Assembly (NCBI GenBank): GCA_963813535.1
Contig: CAWEZH010000002.1
Coordinates: 1,952,001-2,016,000 of the forward strand
Source of the DNA: an uncultured Chloroflexia bacterium
Lineage (GTDB): Bacteria > Chloroflexota > Limnocylindria > Limnocylindrales > CSP1-4
DNA: 64,000 nucleotides
Reading direction: 5' to 3'
Numbering within the stretch: the stretch's first letter is position 1; every line of letters begins with the position of its first letter. This document shows positions 22,222 to 31,373 of this stretch, piece by piece. Position numbers and translations under genes: made by a program. The notes beneath the pieces were generated by a model. That model was not told the origin of the DNA. It saw only the letters and a list, made by a program, of their open reading frames with translations, and made no database searches.

Positions 22222-23337
22222 GTGACGTTCCTCGAGCTCACCAATGTCCAGAAGCTGTTCGGCGACGTCGTCGCCGTCGAGGACTTCAACCTGAGCGCAC
22301 AACGGGGCGAATTCGTCTCGTTCCTCGGGCCAAGCGGCTGCGGCAAGACCACGACGCTGCGCATGATCGCGGGCTTCGAGCGACCGACCGGTGGGACGAT
22401 CGTCGTCGACGGCACGGACATCACGGACCGACCGCCGAACCGACGGAATGTCGGCATGGTGTTCCAGTCGTATGCGCTGTTCCCGAACATGACGGTCGCG
22501 GACAACATCGGGTTCGGGCTGAAGGTCCGTCACCGACCCAAGGCGGAGATCGACCGGCGGGTGGATGAGCTCCTCGAGCTCATCCACCTCACTGATCGTG
22601 GCGCTCGATATCCGTACCAGCTGTCGGGCGGGCAGCAGCAGCGCATCGCCCTCGCTCGGGCCCTGGCCATCGAGCCGCAGGTGCTGCTCCTGGACGAGCC
22701 GCTGTCGGCGCTCGACGCGAAGATCCGTATCAGCCTGCGCCTCGAGATCCGAGCCATCCAGCGCAAGCTCGGGATCACGACGGTCTACGTCACGCACGAC
22801 CAGGAGGAGGCGCTCTCGCTGTCGGACCGGGTGGTCGTCATGAGCGAGGGGCGGATCGAGCAGATCGGCACGCCGACCGAGATCTACAACTTCCCGGCGA
22901 CGCCGTTCGTCGCGTCGTTCGTCGGGACGCTCAACCTGCTCACCGCCCATGTCGTCGACGGGCCGGCCGGCCGGTTGAACCTCGCGAACCAGGAGATTCG
23001 CGTCGCCGGACAGGCTCAAGCTGAGAACGGCTCGGTGGTGACGGTCGCCATCCGGCCGGAGGGCATCGAGCTTGGCGAACAGGGCGGCGAGAACCGGCTG
23101 ACCGGCACCGTCGAGGAAGTGAGCTTCCTGGGGTCCATCGTCAGGACCCGCATCCGGCTGCCCGATGACACCTCGATGCTCTCGCTCGATACGTTCAACG
23201 ACCCCAACGTCGCGGCACCCGCCATCGACGCCGAGGTCACGGTCTCATTCCCGCCGGAAGCCTGCCTGGTGATCGCCCGCGAGGCCGCGCCGGAACCGTC
23301 GCCTGACGCGCTGGCCGCCGCGGAGGCGTTGCTGTAG
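22222..23337 (+). CDS. ABC transporter ATP-binding subunit (PotA/MalK family)
   Basis: GPSGCGKTT, VFQSYALFPNM, LSGGQQQR, LLLDEPLSALD, TOBE-like tail. Confidence 0.95.
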   Translation: MTFLELTNVQKLFGDVVAVEDFNLSAQRGEFVSFLGPSGCGKTTTLRMIAGFERPTGGTIVVDGTDITDRPPNRRNVGMVFQSYALFPNMTVADNIGFGLKVRHRPKAEIDRRVDELLELIHLTDRGARYPYQLSGGQQQRIALARALAIEPQVLLLDEPLSALDAKIRISLRLEIRAIQRKLGITTVYVTHDQEEALSLSDRVVVMSEGRIEQIGTPTEIYNFPATPFVASFVGTLNLLTAHVVDGPAGRLNLANQEIRVAGQAQAENGSVVTVAIRPEGIELGEQGGENRLTGTVEEVSFLGSIVRTRIRLPDDTSMLSLDTFNDPNVAAPAIDAEVTVSFPPEACLVIAREAAPEPSPDALAAAEALL

Positions 23338-24062
23338 CCGCGAGCGGCGGGCCGGTCGACCTGATCGGCATCGAGGCCGTCATCTTCGACAAGGACGGCA
23401 CGCTGATCGACTTCGACGCGATGTGGGGCGGCTGGGCGATGGGGCTTGGCCAACGCCTGGACGCCGTCATCCGGCGGCCCGTGTCTCCCGACGTCTTCGC
23501 GACGATCGGCTTCGACCCATCGAGTGGACGTGTCTCCCCCGGCGGGCCGCTGGCGACGGCGACGATGGCGGGCATCGAGGAGACCGTGGCCCGCGTCCTT
23601 CGCCGATGGTGCCCCAGCATCGCCGCCGCTCGACGAGCGACGGCGGAGGCCTGGTCGGTGCCGGACCCGGCCACGCTGGCGGTCCCACTGGCCGATCTCG
23701 CCACCCTCTTCGGGCGGCTGCGCTCCGAAGGGCGTCGGATCGCCGTCGTGACCACCGACGACCGCGCACCGACCGATGCCACACTCCGCGCCCTGGGCGT
23801 CAGGTCGGACGTCGAGGCGATGGTCTGCGGCGACGATGGGTTCGCCGTGAAACCGGCACCCGACGCGGTGATCGCGGTCTGTCACGCGTTCCGGACCGAA
23901 CCGGACCGCGTGGCCGTGATCGGTGACACGCCAAGCGACGTGGCGATGGCCCGGGCTGCCGGCGCGGGCCTGGTGGTGGGGGTGCGCAGCGGCGTGGGAT
24001 CGGAAGCCGATCTCGCCGCAGCGGATGTGGTCATCGATTCGGTGGCCTCGCTGCTGGCCTGA
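23334..24062 (+). CDS. HAD-superfamily hydrolase (start codon uncertain)
   Basis: In-frame IEAVIFDKDGTLID (motif I) lies upstream of the first ATG at 23421; KPAPD and IGDTPSDVAMARAAG motifs. Confidence 0.85.
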   Translation, partial: VAASGGPVDLIGIEAVIFDKDGTLIDFDAMWGGWAMGLGQRLDAVIRRPVSPDVFATIGFDPSSGRVSPGGPLATATMAGIEETVARVLRRWCPSIAAARRATAEAWSVPDPATLAVPLADLATLFGRLRSEGRRIAVVTTDDRAPTDATLRALGVRSDVEAMVCGDDGFAVKPAPDAVIAVCHAFRTEPDRVAVIGDTPSDVAMARAAGAGLVVGVRSGVGSEADLAAADVVIDSVASLLA

Positions 24063-24179
24063 CCATCCCGTACGAGTGGGCTATCGCCCGTGATCATGCC
24101 GGACCGTACCGTCGGGTGAGCCGTCCGAGCTGCGGACGGTCGGGCCCTGCCCGCCACCAGGAGGTCGTGCGCGAACCGT

Positions 24180-27100
24180 ATGCCCACCGAGCCCCGGCAC
24201 CCCGCCGATCGACGCCGCGTGGCACCCCGCCGTACTTCGGCCGGCGAGCATCCGGCGACCGCCGATCCCACGCGGGCCGATGCGCTCGGCCGGATCGCCG
24301 CCAAGGTCAGTGGCCGGCGTGCCCTGACCGGGCTCTTCGACGACATCATCGACGAAGCCTTCGCGCTGTTCGGCGTCGATCGTGCCGGCCTGTGGACGTA
24401 CGACGCGACCGCCGAGCGCCCGCTGTCGCTCGCGGCGCAGCGCGGCCTCCCGCAGATCATCATCGATACGATCGTGTCGTTGCGAGGCGACGTCAGGACG
24501 GCGGGGATGGATGCCCTTCGGACCCGCCGGGTCCGCGTCCTCGATCGACAGATGCGGTCCACGACCGCATCACTTCGTGAGGTGTACCGATCGATCGGTG
24601 TCGGGTCGGTGTGCTTCGTGCCGCTCGTGTACGGCGATGACGTGCTCGGCCTGCTCGCGCTGTACCACCGCGAGACGTACGGCTGGACGCCCTCGGAGCG
24701 CGCGCTTGCCCGGGCGTTCGGCGATCACATGGCGACGGCGATCGGCACGGCTCGGCTCGCGGACTCTCGCCGTGGGCTCGCGGATCGGCTCTCGTCGATC
24801 GCGGAGTTGGCCGGTCGGCTGAGCGGCCTCCACGACCAGGCATCGATCGCCGCCGCCATCGTCGAGGAGGCCAAGCGGCTCATCGAGCACGACACGATCC
24901 GCGTGTACCGGGTCGATCGGACGACAGGGATGTGCGAGCCCATCGCGTTCGAGGGCACGTTCCTCGGTACGACCGAGCCCGACATGGAGACCCTGCGCAT
25001 GCCCATCGGCCAGGGCCTGACGGGCTGGGTCGCCCAGCACGGTCGACCGCTGCGGCTCGACGAGGCGACCGCCGACCCGCGCGTCGTGGTCGTCGGCGAC
25101 CGGCGTCCCGAGTCGATGCTCATCGTCCCGATGGTCCAGGAAGAGATCGTCCGCGGCGTGATCGTCGTGTCCGCGATGGGGACGGGCCGTTTCGACGGCG
25201 ACGACGAGGTGACGCTGACCATCTTCGCCGCCGCCGCGGTCCAGGCCCTGATCAATGCCGAGAACGTGCAGCGATTGCGGCGCCAGCAGGACGAGCTGGA
25301 GCTCCAGCTCGAAGGCCAGCGCCGCCTCCTCGATGTCAACGAGCGACTGCTGTCCACGCTGGAGCCGGCGGGTGTCCTGGAGCTGATCGCCGACTCGTTG
25401 CGGGCCATCGTCCCGTACGACTCGCTGAGCATCTACCGCGCCGACCGCGAGGCCGGCGTCCGGCGGGCCGTCATCGCCCGCGACAGGTTCGCCGACGAGA
25501 TCATGGCCGACGCGAGTCCGATCGGGCTCGGGATCACGGGCTGGGCCATCGAGCACGGTGAGGCCGTGCTCTCCAACGAGGCGCACACCGATCCGCGGTC
25601 GATCCAGGTCCCCGGCACGCCGTTCGAACCCGAGTCGATCATGGTGGTGCCCCTGTTCGTCAACGGCGAGACGATCGGCACGCTCAACGTCGGGCGCATC
25701 GGCGGGGTCGAGGCACACTTCACGCCGAACGAGTTCGAGCTCACGAAGCTCTTCGCGGGACAGGCATCGATCGCGATGCAGAACGCCCAGACGCATCGCG
25801 AGGTCCGGGTCCGCGCCGAGCAGGACGCCCTGACCGGTCTGCGCAATCACGGCGCGTTCCAACGGGAGCTTGGCGCGGCTGTGGAGGGCGGACGGCCGTT
25901 CGCCGTCCTGATGCTCGACCTCGACGCCTTCAAGCGCTTCAACGACGCCAACGGCCATCCCGCGGGCGACGGGCTGCTGGTCGAGATCGCCGCGGGGATG
26001 ACGCGCGCCACCCGCGAGACTGACCGGCTCTATCGGTACGGCGGCGATGAGTTCGCCGCGCTCCTGCCTGGCGCGGATCGGGTCGTCGCCCACGAGGTCG
26101 CAGAGCGCATCCGGCGTGCCGTCCGGGAGCGGACCGCCGCCAAGGCCGGACTCGACGGTCTTGCCGTATCGATCAGCGCCGGCGTCGCGTGCTACCCGGA
26201 GGACGGCCGCACGAAGGACGAACTCGTGGCTGTCGCCGACCGGGCGCTCTATCTCGTGAAGTCGCCCGACAGTCGTCAGCCCGATGCCGGCCTGGCCGAC
26301 CCGTATCTCCGCGCGCTCGACGAGACCGCCCTCGCGCTGCTCGACCGGACCGACCACGACAGCCTCCTCGGGACCATCCTTGCCCGTGCATCGGCGCTGC
26401 TCGGGACGCCGCACGCCTGGATCGACCTCCTCGAGGCTGACGGCAGCAGGCTCGAGCTGCGCGTCGGCACGGGTCTCTTCGCCGACCTCCAAGGCTCGTG
26501 CATGAGCGCGAGCGAGGGCCTCGCGGGTGCGATCAGCGAGACCGGCCAGGCCATCACGGTCGATGACTACGATCAGTGGGCGGGCCGCCCCGCCAACCCG
26601 CAGGTCGGTCTGGGTGCCACGATCGCGGCACCACTCAAGTCGGCCGGCCGCGTGGTCGGGGTGCTCGGGCTCGCCGCCGGCGGCGCACCGCGGCACTGGA
26701 CCGAGCGGGACAAGGAGGCGCTGACGAGCTTCGCCCGACTGGCGTCGATCGCGCTCGAGAACGCCCGCCTCGTCGATGTCGCGCAGCGCGGCGCCCTCTA
26801 CGACCATACGACCGGTCTGCCGAATCGCGAGCTGCTCACCGACCGGATCGCGCACGCGCTGGCGGGTCATCTCGTCGATGGCGACAGCTCCATCGCGGTC
26901 ATCCTCCTCGACCTCGATCGCTTCAAGGTCGTCAACGAGACGCTCGGCCATATGGCCGGGGACCGGTTGCTGATGGCGGTCGGGCAGCGTCTCGTCCACA
27001 GCCTGCGGCCCACAGACACCGTCGCTCGCTTCGGCGGTGACGAGTTCGCCCTCGTCCTCGACCCGGTGACGGACGCTGCGGAGGCGCACGACATCGCAAG

Positions 27101-28148
27101 CCGTATCTCGCAGGAGCTCGGTGAACCATTCCCGCTCAATGGTCGTGACTGGTTCCTCACCGCGTCGATCGGCATCGCGCTCGCCGGGCCGGGTCGCGGC
27201 ACACCCGACGAGCTGTTGCGTGAGGCCGAGATCGCGATGGTCCGGGCGAAGGGCGACGCCTCCCACCGCCACTTCCTGTTCGAGCCGTCGATGAGCGATC
27301 AGACGCTCGAGCGACTCGACCTCGAGAACGATCTTCGACGGGCGCTCGCGCGCGACGAGCTCCTCATCCAGTACCAGCCGATCGTGACCCTGGCGACCGG
27401 CGAGATCGTCGGCTTCGAGGCGTTGGTCCGGTGGCAGCACCCGACCCGTGGTCTCGTGCCGCCGCTGGCCTTCATCCCGATGGCCGAGGAGACGGGGCTG
27501 ATCGTGCCGCTCGGTCGGTGGGTGCTGGACGCCGCCTGCCGGCAGGCGGCGGTATGGAACGCGCCCGAGTCGCGCCGGGGTGCGTCACGCCTGTTCGTGT
27601 CGGTCAACCTGTCCGCGCGCCAGTTCACCCAGAACGACCTCATCGACGACGTGGGCTCGACGCTGGCGCGGACGGGCCTCGAGGCGGAAGCACTCGAGCT
27701 GGAGATCACCGAGAGCGTCCTGATGGATCAGTCGGAGGCCGGTATCCGCGCGCTCCGAGATATCCGCGGTCTCGGCGTCCGCCTCGTCCTCGACGACTTC
27801 GGCACGGGCTACTCCTCGCTGTCGTACCTGAAGCACCTGCCGCTCGACACGATCAAGATCGATCGCACGTTCGTGGCCGGTATCGAGGAACCGGCCGACC
27901 GATCGATCGTCGAGGCCGTCATCTCGCTCGCACATGGGCTCGGGATCGGTGTCGTGGCCGAGGGCATCGAGAGCGAGTCGCAGGCCGACAGACTGCGCGA
28001 GATGGGTTGTGACCTCGGCCAGGGCTACCTGTTCAGCCGGCCGGTATCGGCCGAGCGCACCTTCGAGCTCCTGCGTGACCGATCCCGGGCGGCGCGGTCG
28101 ATGCGCGCGAAGTCAGGCCGTTCGCGGACGCTCCGCCGGGTCGTCTAG
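24180..28148 (+). CDS. c-di-GMP signalling protein: three GAF, GGDEF, GAF, GGDEF, EAL
   Basis: Repeated GxGxTGWxxxxG GAF motifs; YRYGGDEF and ARFGGDEF; GFEALVRW and DDFGTGYSSL. Confidence 0.93.
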   Translation: MPTEPRHPADRRRVAPRRTSAGEHPATADPTRADALGRIAAKVSGRRALTGLFDDIIDEAFALFGVDRAGLWTYDATAERPLSLAAQRGLPQIIIDTIVSLRGDVRTAGMDALRTRRVRVLDRQMRSTTASLREVYRSIGVGSVCFVPLVYGDDVLGLLALYHRETYGWTPSERALARAFGDHMATAIGTARLADSRRGLADRLSSIAELAGRLSGLHDQASIAAAIVEEAKRLIEHDTIRVYRVDRTTGMCEPIAFEGTFLGTTEPDMETLRMPIGQGLTGWVAQHGRPLRLDEATADPRVVVVGDRRPESMLIVPMVQEEIVRGVIVVSAMGTGRFDGDDEVTLTIFAAAAVQALINAENVQRLRRQQDELELQLEGQRRLLDVNERLLSTLEPAGVLELIADSLRAIVPYDSLSIYRADREAGVRRAVIARDRFADEIMADASPIGLGITGWAIEHGEAVLSNEAHTDPRSIQVPGTPFEPESIMVVPLFVNGETIGTLNVGRIGGVEAHFTPNEFELTKLFAGQASIAMQNAQTHREVRVRAEQDALTGLRNHGAFQRELGAAVEGGRPFAVLMLDLDAFKRFNDANGHPAGDGLLVEIAAGMTRATRETDRLYRYGGDEFAALLPGADRVVAHEVAERIRRAVRERTAAKAGLDGLAVSISAGVACYPEDGRTKDELVAVADRALYLVKSPDSRQPDAGLADPYLRALDETALALLDRTDHDSLLGTILARASALLGTPHAWIDLLEADGSRLELRVGTGLFADLQGSCMSASEGLAGAISETGQAITVDDYDQWAGRPANPQVGLGATIAAPLKSAGRVVGVLGLAAGGAPRHWTERDKEALTSFARLASIALENARLVDVAQRGALYDHTTGLPNRELLTDRIAHALAGHLVDGDSSIAVILLDLDRFKVVNETLGHMAGDRLLMAVGQRLVHSLRPTDTVARFGGDEFALVLDPVTDAAEAHDIASRISQELGEPFPLNGRDWFLTASIGIALAGPGRGTPDELLREAEIAMVRAKGDASHRHFLFEPSMSDQTLERLDLENDLRRALARDELLIQYQPIVTLATGEIVGFEALVRWQHPTRGLVPPLAFIPMAEETGLIVPLGRWVLDAACRQAAVWNAPESRRGASRLFVSVNLSARQFTQNDLIDDVGSTLARTGLEAEALELEITESVLMDQSEAGIRALRDIRGLGVRLVLDDFGTGYSSLSYLKHLPLDTIKIDRTFVAGIEEPADRSIVEAVISLAHGLGIGVVAEGIESESQADRLREMGCDLGQGYLFSRPVSAERTFELLRDRSRAARSMRAKSGRSRTLRRVV

Positions 28149-28158
28149 GGCAGGGTCG

Positions 28159-28899
28159 CTAGTCGCGTGCGCCGAACAGGCGCAGCATGAACAGGAACAG
28201 GTTCACGAAATCGAGGTAGAGGTTCAGCGCGCCCATGACGGCCGCCTTCTCCGTCGACCCGGTGTAGACGACGAGATCCCCGTTCTGGATCCGCTGCACG
28301 TCCCACGCGGTGAGGCCGGTGAAGAGCACGACCCCGACGATCGAGATCACGAACGACGCCGCGTCGCTCCGAAGGAACAGGTTGATCACGATCGCGACGA
28401 GCAGGCCGAACAGCGCCATGTACAGGAGGCTGCCGATCCGAGCGAGCGAGCGCTTCGTGACATGGCCGTAGATCGCCGCGCCGGCGAACATCGCTGAGGC
28501 GGAGACGAAGGCCGACACGACCGAGGCCCCGGTGTATGCCGTGACGATCAGGCCGATCACCAATCCCAGCGAGGCGGCGTAGACGAAGAACACACCGAGC
28601 GCCAAAGTCGCGCTCATCCGGCGGATCCCGAAGCCGATCGCCATCACCAGGGCGAACTGGGCGATGATCAGGATGAAGAGGTTGCTCTCGGCGAACTGCA
28701 GCAGCCGCTCGTTGCCTTGCACGACGAAGGCAACCAGGGCCGTCACGGCCAGGCCGACGAACATCCACAGGAATGCCTGGGACAGGATCGCCTGCTGTGT
28801 TCGGGCGTCGATGCGGACCGGCGCTTCGCCGGTCGTCGCGACCGGGCTCGTCGCCGCGGACGGTGCGACGTAGGGATTGGTGGGTCGCGGATCGCTCAC
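28159..28899 (-). CDS. Bax inhibitor-1/YccA family membrane protein
   Basis: FLWMFVGLAVT, FTGLTAWDVQRI, GALNLYLDFVNLFLFMLRLFG. Confidence 0.93.
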   Translation of the reverse strand: MSDPRPTNPYVAPSAATSPVATTGEAPVRIDARTQQAILSQAFLWMFVGLAVTALVAFVVQGNERLLQFAESNLFILIIAQFALVMAIGFGIRRMSATLALGVFFVYAASLGLVIGLIVTAYTGASVVSAFVSASAMFAGAAIYGHVTKRSLARIGSLLYMALFGLLVAIVINLFLRSDAASFVISIVGVVLFTGLTAWDVQRIQNGDLVVYTGSTEKAAVMGALNLYLDFVNLFLFMLRLFGARD

Positions 28900-28935
28900 G
28901 ATGCGTTGCTCCTCAACTACCGACGGTCGTCGGGC

Positions 28936-29310
28936 TCACCACATCAAGCCGGCGTCGCGCGGATCCCAGCGCTCGGCCAGCAACGTGACCTTGACCTCGT
29001 GTTCCACGACCGACTCGACCTGCTCCTTGACCTGGGCGATCATCGAGCCGGCGTAGGGGCAGAACGGCGTGGTCAGGATCATCTTGATCTCGGTCGAGTC
29101 GGGGCCGAGCAGGATCTGCTTGATGAGCGCCAGCTCCACGACATTCATGCCGATCTCGGGGTCGACGACGGCGCGCAGCGCGTCGAGGATCGCGAGCTCG
29201 GTCGCTCGCCGCTCGGGATCGAACGCCGGCGCGTCCGATGCGGGCGCATCGGCGGTCGCCGCCGCGGCGGTCGTCTCGGCGGTCGGTTCAGTGGTTCGTG
29301 TGTCGGTCAT
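28936..29310 (-). CDS. DUF59/SufT-like metal-sulfur cluster assembly factor
   Basis: VVDPEIGMNVVELAL...LTTPFCP (DPE-x-T-x3-C signature). Confidence 0.9.
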   Translation of the reverse strand: MTDTRTTEPTAETTAAAATADAPASDAPAFDPERRATELAILDALRAVVDPEIGMNVVELALIKQILLGPDSTEIKMILTTPFCPYAGSMIAQVKEQVESVVEHEVKVTLLAERWDPRDAGLMW

Positions 29311-29397
29311 GCGGGATGCGTTCTCCGGAAGGGTGCTTCGAACAGCGTAGCACCGTGTGCGAGAACGCCCTCGTGTGTGGCCAGTCCTGCGGCGGTG

Positions 29398-29715
29398 TCA
29401 GCCGGCCTTGATGACGATGCCCGGCAACCGGTACTGCGAGGGCAGGATGGCGGCCTCGGCCTCGCTGTAGCCGGGCCCGGCCAGTGAGCCATCGGGCTCG
29501 AAGAACTCGGCATATCGGTCGCGATGGGTGCTCGCGTACGTGAATGCCGCGGCGATGCCCACGGTCCGAAGCTCGGGATGGTCGGTCAGGATGCGCGCCA
29601 GATCGTAGCCATTCGCTCGCAGCTCGAGCAGCTGGCGGACGGTGAGCCGCGAGCCGTAACAGAACGGCTCGCCGTTCATCACGAGTGGGTCCTGCTGGAC
29701 CCACTTGACCGTCAC
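29398..29715 (-). CDS. DUF433 domain protein
   Basis: DPLVMNGEPFCYGSRLTVRQLL...ILTDHPEL. Confidence 0.85.
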   Translation of the reverse strand: MTVKWVQQDPLVMNGEPFCYGSRLTVRQLLELRANGYDLARILTDHPELRTVGIAAAFTYASTHRDRYAEFFEPDGSLAGPGYSEAEAAILPSQYRLPGIVIKAG

Positions 29716-29717
29716 GG

Positions 29718-30201
29718 TCAGCCGCCCTTGTAGATGAATTGCAGGAAGGCGTTGCGCTTGCGGGCGTCTCCGGCCAGGCGTCGATGCCAGCGGTACTGCG
29801 CGATCGCTGCGTCCACCGCTGTTTCGCCGTCGACGAGGGCCTGACCGTCGATGACCGACGGAAGCGCGGCGCGAAGTCCCTCACTGAGGTTGATCAGGTC
29901 ATCGAGCGGGACCCGCTTGCGGCGGTAGACCGGGGCGGTCCAGTCGGCGTACTCGCGCGCCGGCGCCGGATCGCCGGCCCCGACGGATACGGCCACGCGC
30001 TCCGCGAGCAACGTGGCATCGAGCAGGCGCTGGCGCAGACCGATCTCGTCATTGCGTGTCCTGAGCGTCGGGTCGCGCTCGATCGCGCTCTCCAGCGCGC
30101 GTGCCGCGAGCATCTCGGCCGCCGTCCTGGACATGACGAGCCGCGGCCGGCGAACCGGCGGTGAGATCGCGGGGTGGTCGTCCCAGACTGGGGTGGCTCA
30201 C
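29718..30201 (-). CDS. Hypothetical helical protein (globin/RsbRD_N-like), probably frameshifted near 30122
   Basis: ORF 29718-30134 (EYADWTAPVYRRKRVPLDDL); a leaderless GTG at 30201 starts an out-of-frame N-terminus MSHPSLGRPPRDLTAG that joins if one G is removed. Confidence 0.6.
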
Positions 30202-30269
30202 GCCCGGAGTCTAGCGAACGGCGCCGGGGGTCGTCATCGTGCGTGCGGACACGCGGATACGATGGCGCG

Positions 30270-30764
30270 GTGGATGGACAGGGCGACCCCGAGGGCCCGG
30301 GCGAACGCCGGCTCGAGCGGCCGCCGTCGGACCGCTATCGGATGACCGACCAGCCCGCCGTGCCGCCCGTGGGCGGCGAGCCCGGCGCGGCCGAACAAGG
30401 ATCGCCAACGCGCGCCTTCGTGACAGCGATCGCGGCGGCAGCCGGCGGTGGCCTCGTGATCACAGTGGCGGGTGGTCTCCTGACGATGACCGCCGGGCTC
30501 CTCGTCATCGCCGCACTGCTGGGCTGGGTGGTCGGCGCGCTGGTCGGGCTCGATGGGGGCGCGTCGTCGGATCGGCAGCGGCGCCGCGTGCTCGCGGCCG
30601 CACTGGCCATCGGCGGCGTCGCACTCGGTCAGGTCGGACTGTGGCTCGTCGCCCGCCAGGAGGGCGGCACCCTCGACCCCGTTGCATACCTCGCAGAGGT
30701 CTTTGGTGCCCTCGTGCCCCTCGAGGTCGCGCTGGCGGCGGGCTTCGCGTGGTGGCGGGCGTGA
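30270..30764 (+). CDS. Hypothetical membrane protein (about 4 TM)
   Basis: TACGAT 6 nt before GTG; hydrophobic segments; GTGA overlap with GNAT gene. Confidence 0.7.
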   Translation: MDGQGDPEGPGERRLERPPSDRYRMTDQPAVPPVGGEPGAAEQGSPTRAFVTAIAAAAGGGLVITVAGGLLTMTAGLLVIAALLGWVVGALVGLDGGASSDRQRRRVLAAALAIGGVALGQVGLWLVARQEGGTLDPVAYLAEVFGALVPLEVALAAGFAWWRA

Positions 30765-31258
30765 GCGAGCCCGTGGATCTGGCGTTCCGCAGACCCAGCG
30801 AGGCCGACCATGCGACGGTCGTCGGGCTGGTCGACGAGTGGTGGGACGGCCGCAGGATGCGGTCCTTGCTGCCGAGACTGTGGTTCCAGCACTTCGCCGG
30901 GACCTCGTGGATCGCGGAGGACGAAGCGGGCAAGCTGGCCGGGTTCGTCGTGGCGTTCATCAGCCAGGACGACCCGACCACGGGATACGTCCATATGATC
31001 GCCGCCGACCCCAATCACCGCCGGGCCGGTATCGGGCGAGCCCTGTACGACCGCGTCTTCGAGGATCTCGCATCGCGCGGCGTCCACCGGGTCAAGGCCA
31101 TCACCTGGCCGGGGAATCGCCAGAGCGTGGCCTTCCACCGCTCGATCGGGTTCCGCGTCGACGACGGACCCGGCACGCAGAACCTGTACGGCACGCCGGC
31201 CTACGCCGACTACGACGGCGATGGCGACGATCGGGTCGTCTTCACGCGCGATCTCTGA
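30761..31258 (+). CDS. GNAT family N-acetyltransferase
   Basis: YVHMIAADPNHRRAGIGRALY; N..SVAFHRSIGF. Confidence 0.92.
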   Translation: MSEPVDLAFRRPSEADHATVVGLVDEWWDGRRMRSLLPRLWFQHFAGTSWIAEDEAGKLAGFVVAFISQDDPTTGYVHMIAADPNHRRAGIGRALYDRVFEDLASRGVHRVKAITWPGNRQSVAFHRSIGFRVDDGPGTQNLYGTPAYADYDGDGDDRVVFTRDL

Positions 31259-31373
31259 CCGGTCGCGGCAAGGCGGAGCGCGGTAGGGCCGAGCGCGGGA
31301 ACCCGCTGGCGCGGAGCGGTGTAGAAGGGCGAGAAGGGTCCCACTGTCCGACCTGCCTCGGAAGGAGTCACCG

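Noticed and set aside
29318-29368. Imperfect hairpin GCGTTCTC/GAGAACGC upstream of the DUF59 gene
   Set aside because: A TACGCT -10-like hexamer inside it would exclude one arm from the transcript; could simply end the upstream transcript
29398-29715. DUF433 as part of a toxin-antitoxin pair
   Set aside because: No adjacent PIN/DUF5615-like toxin ORF
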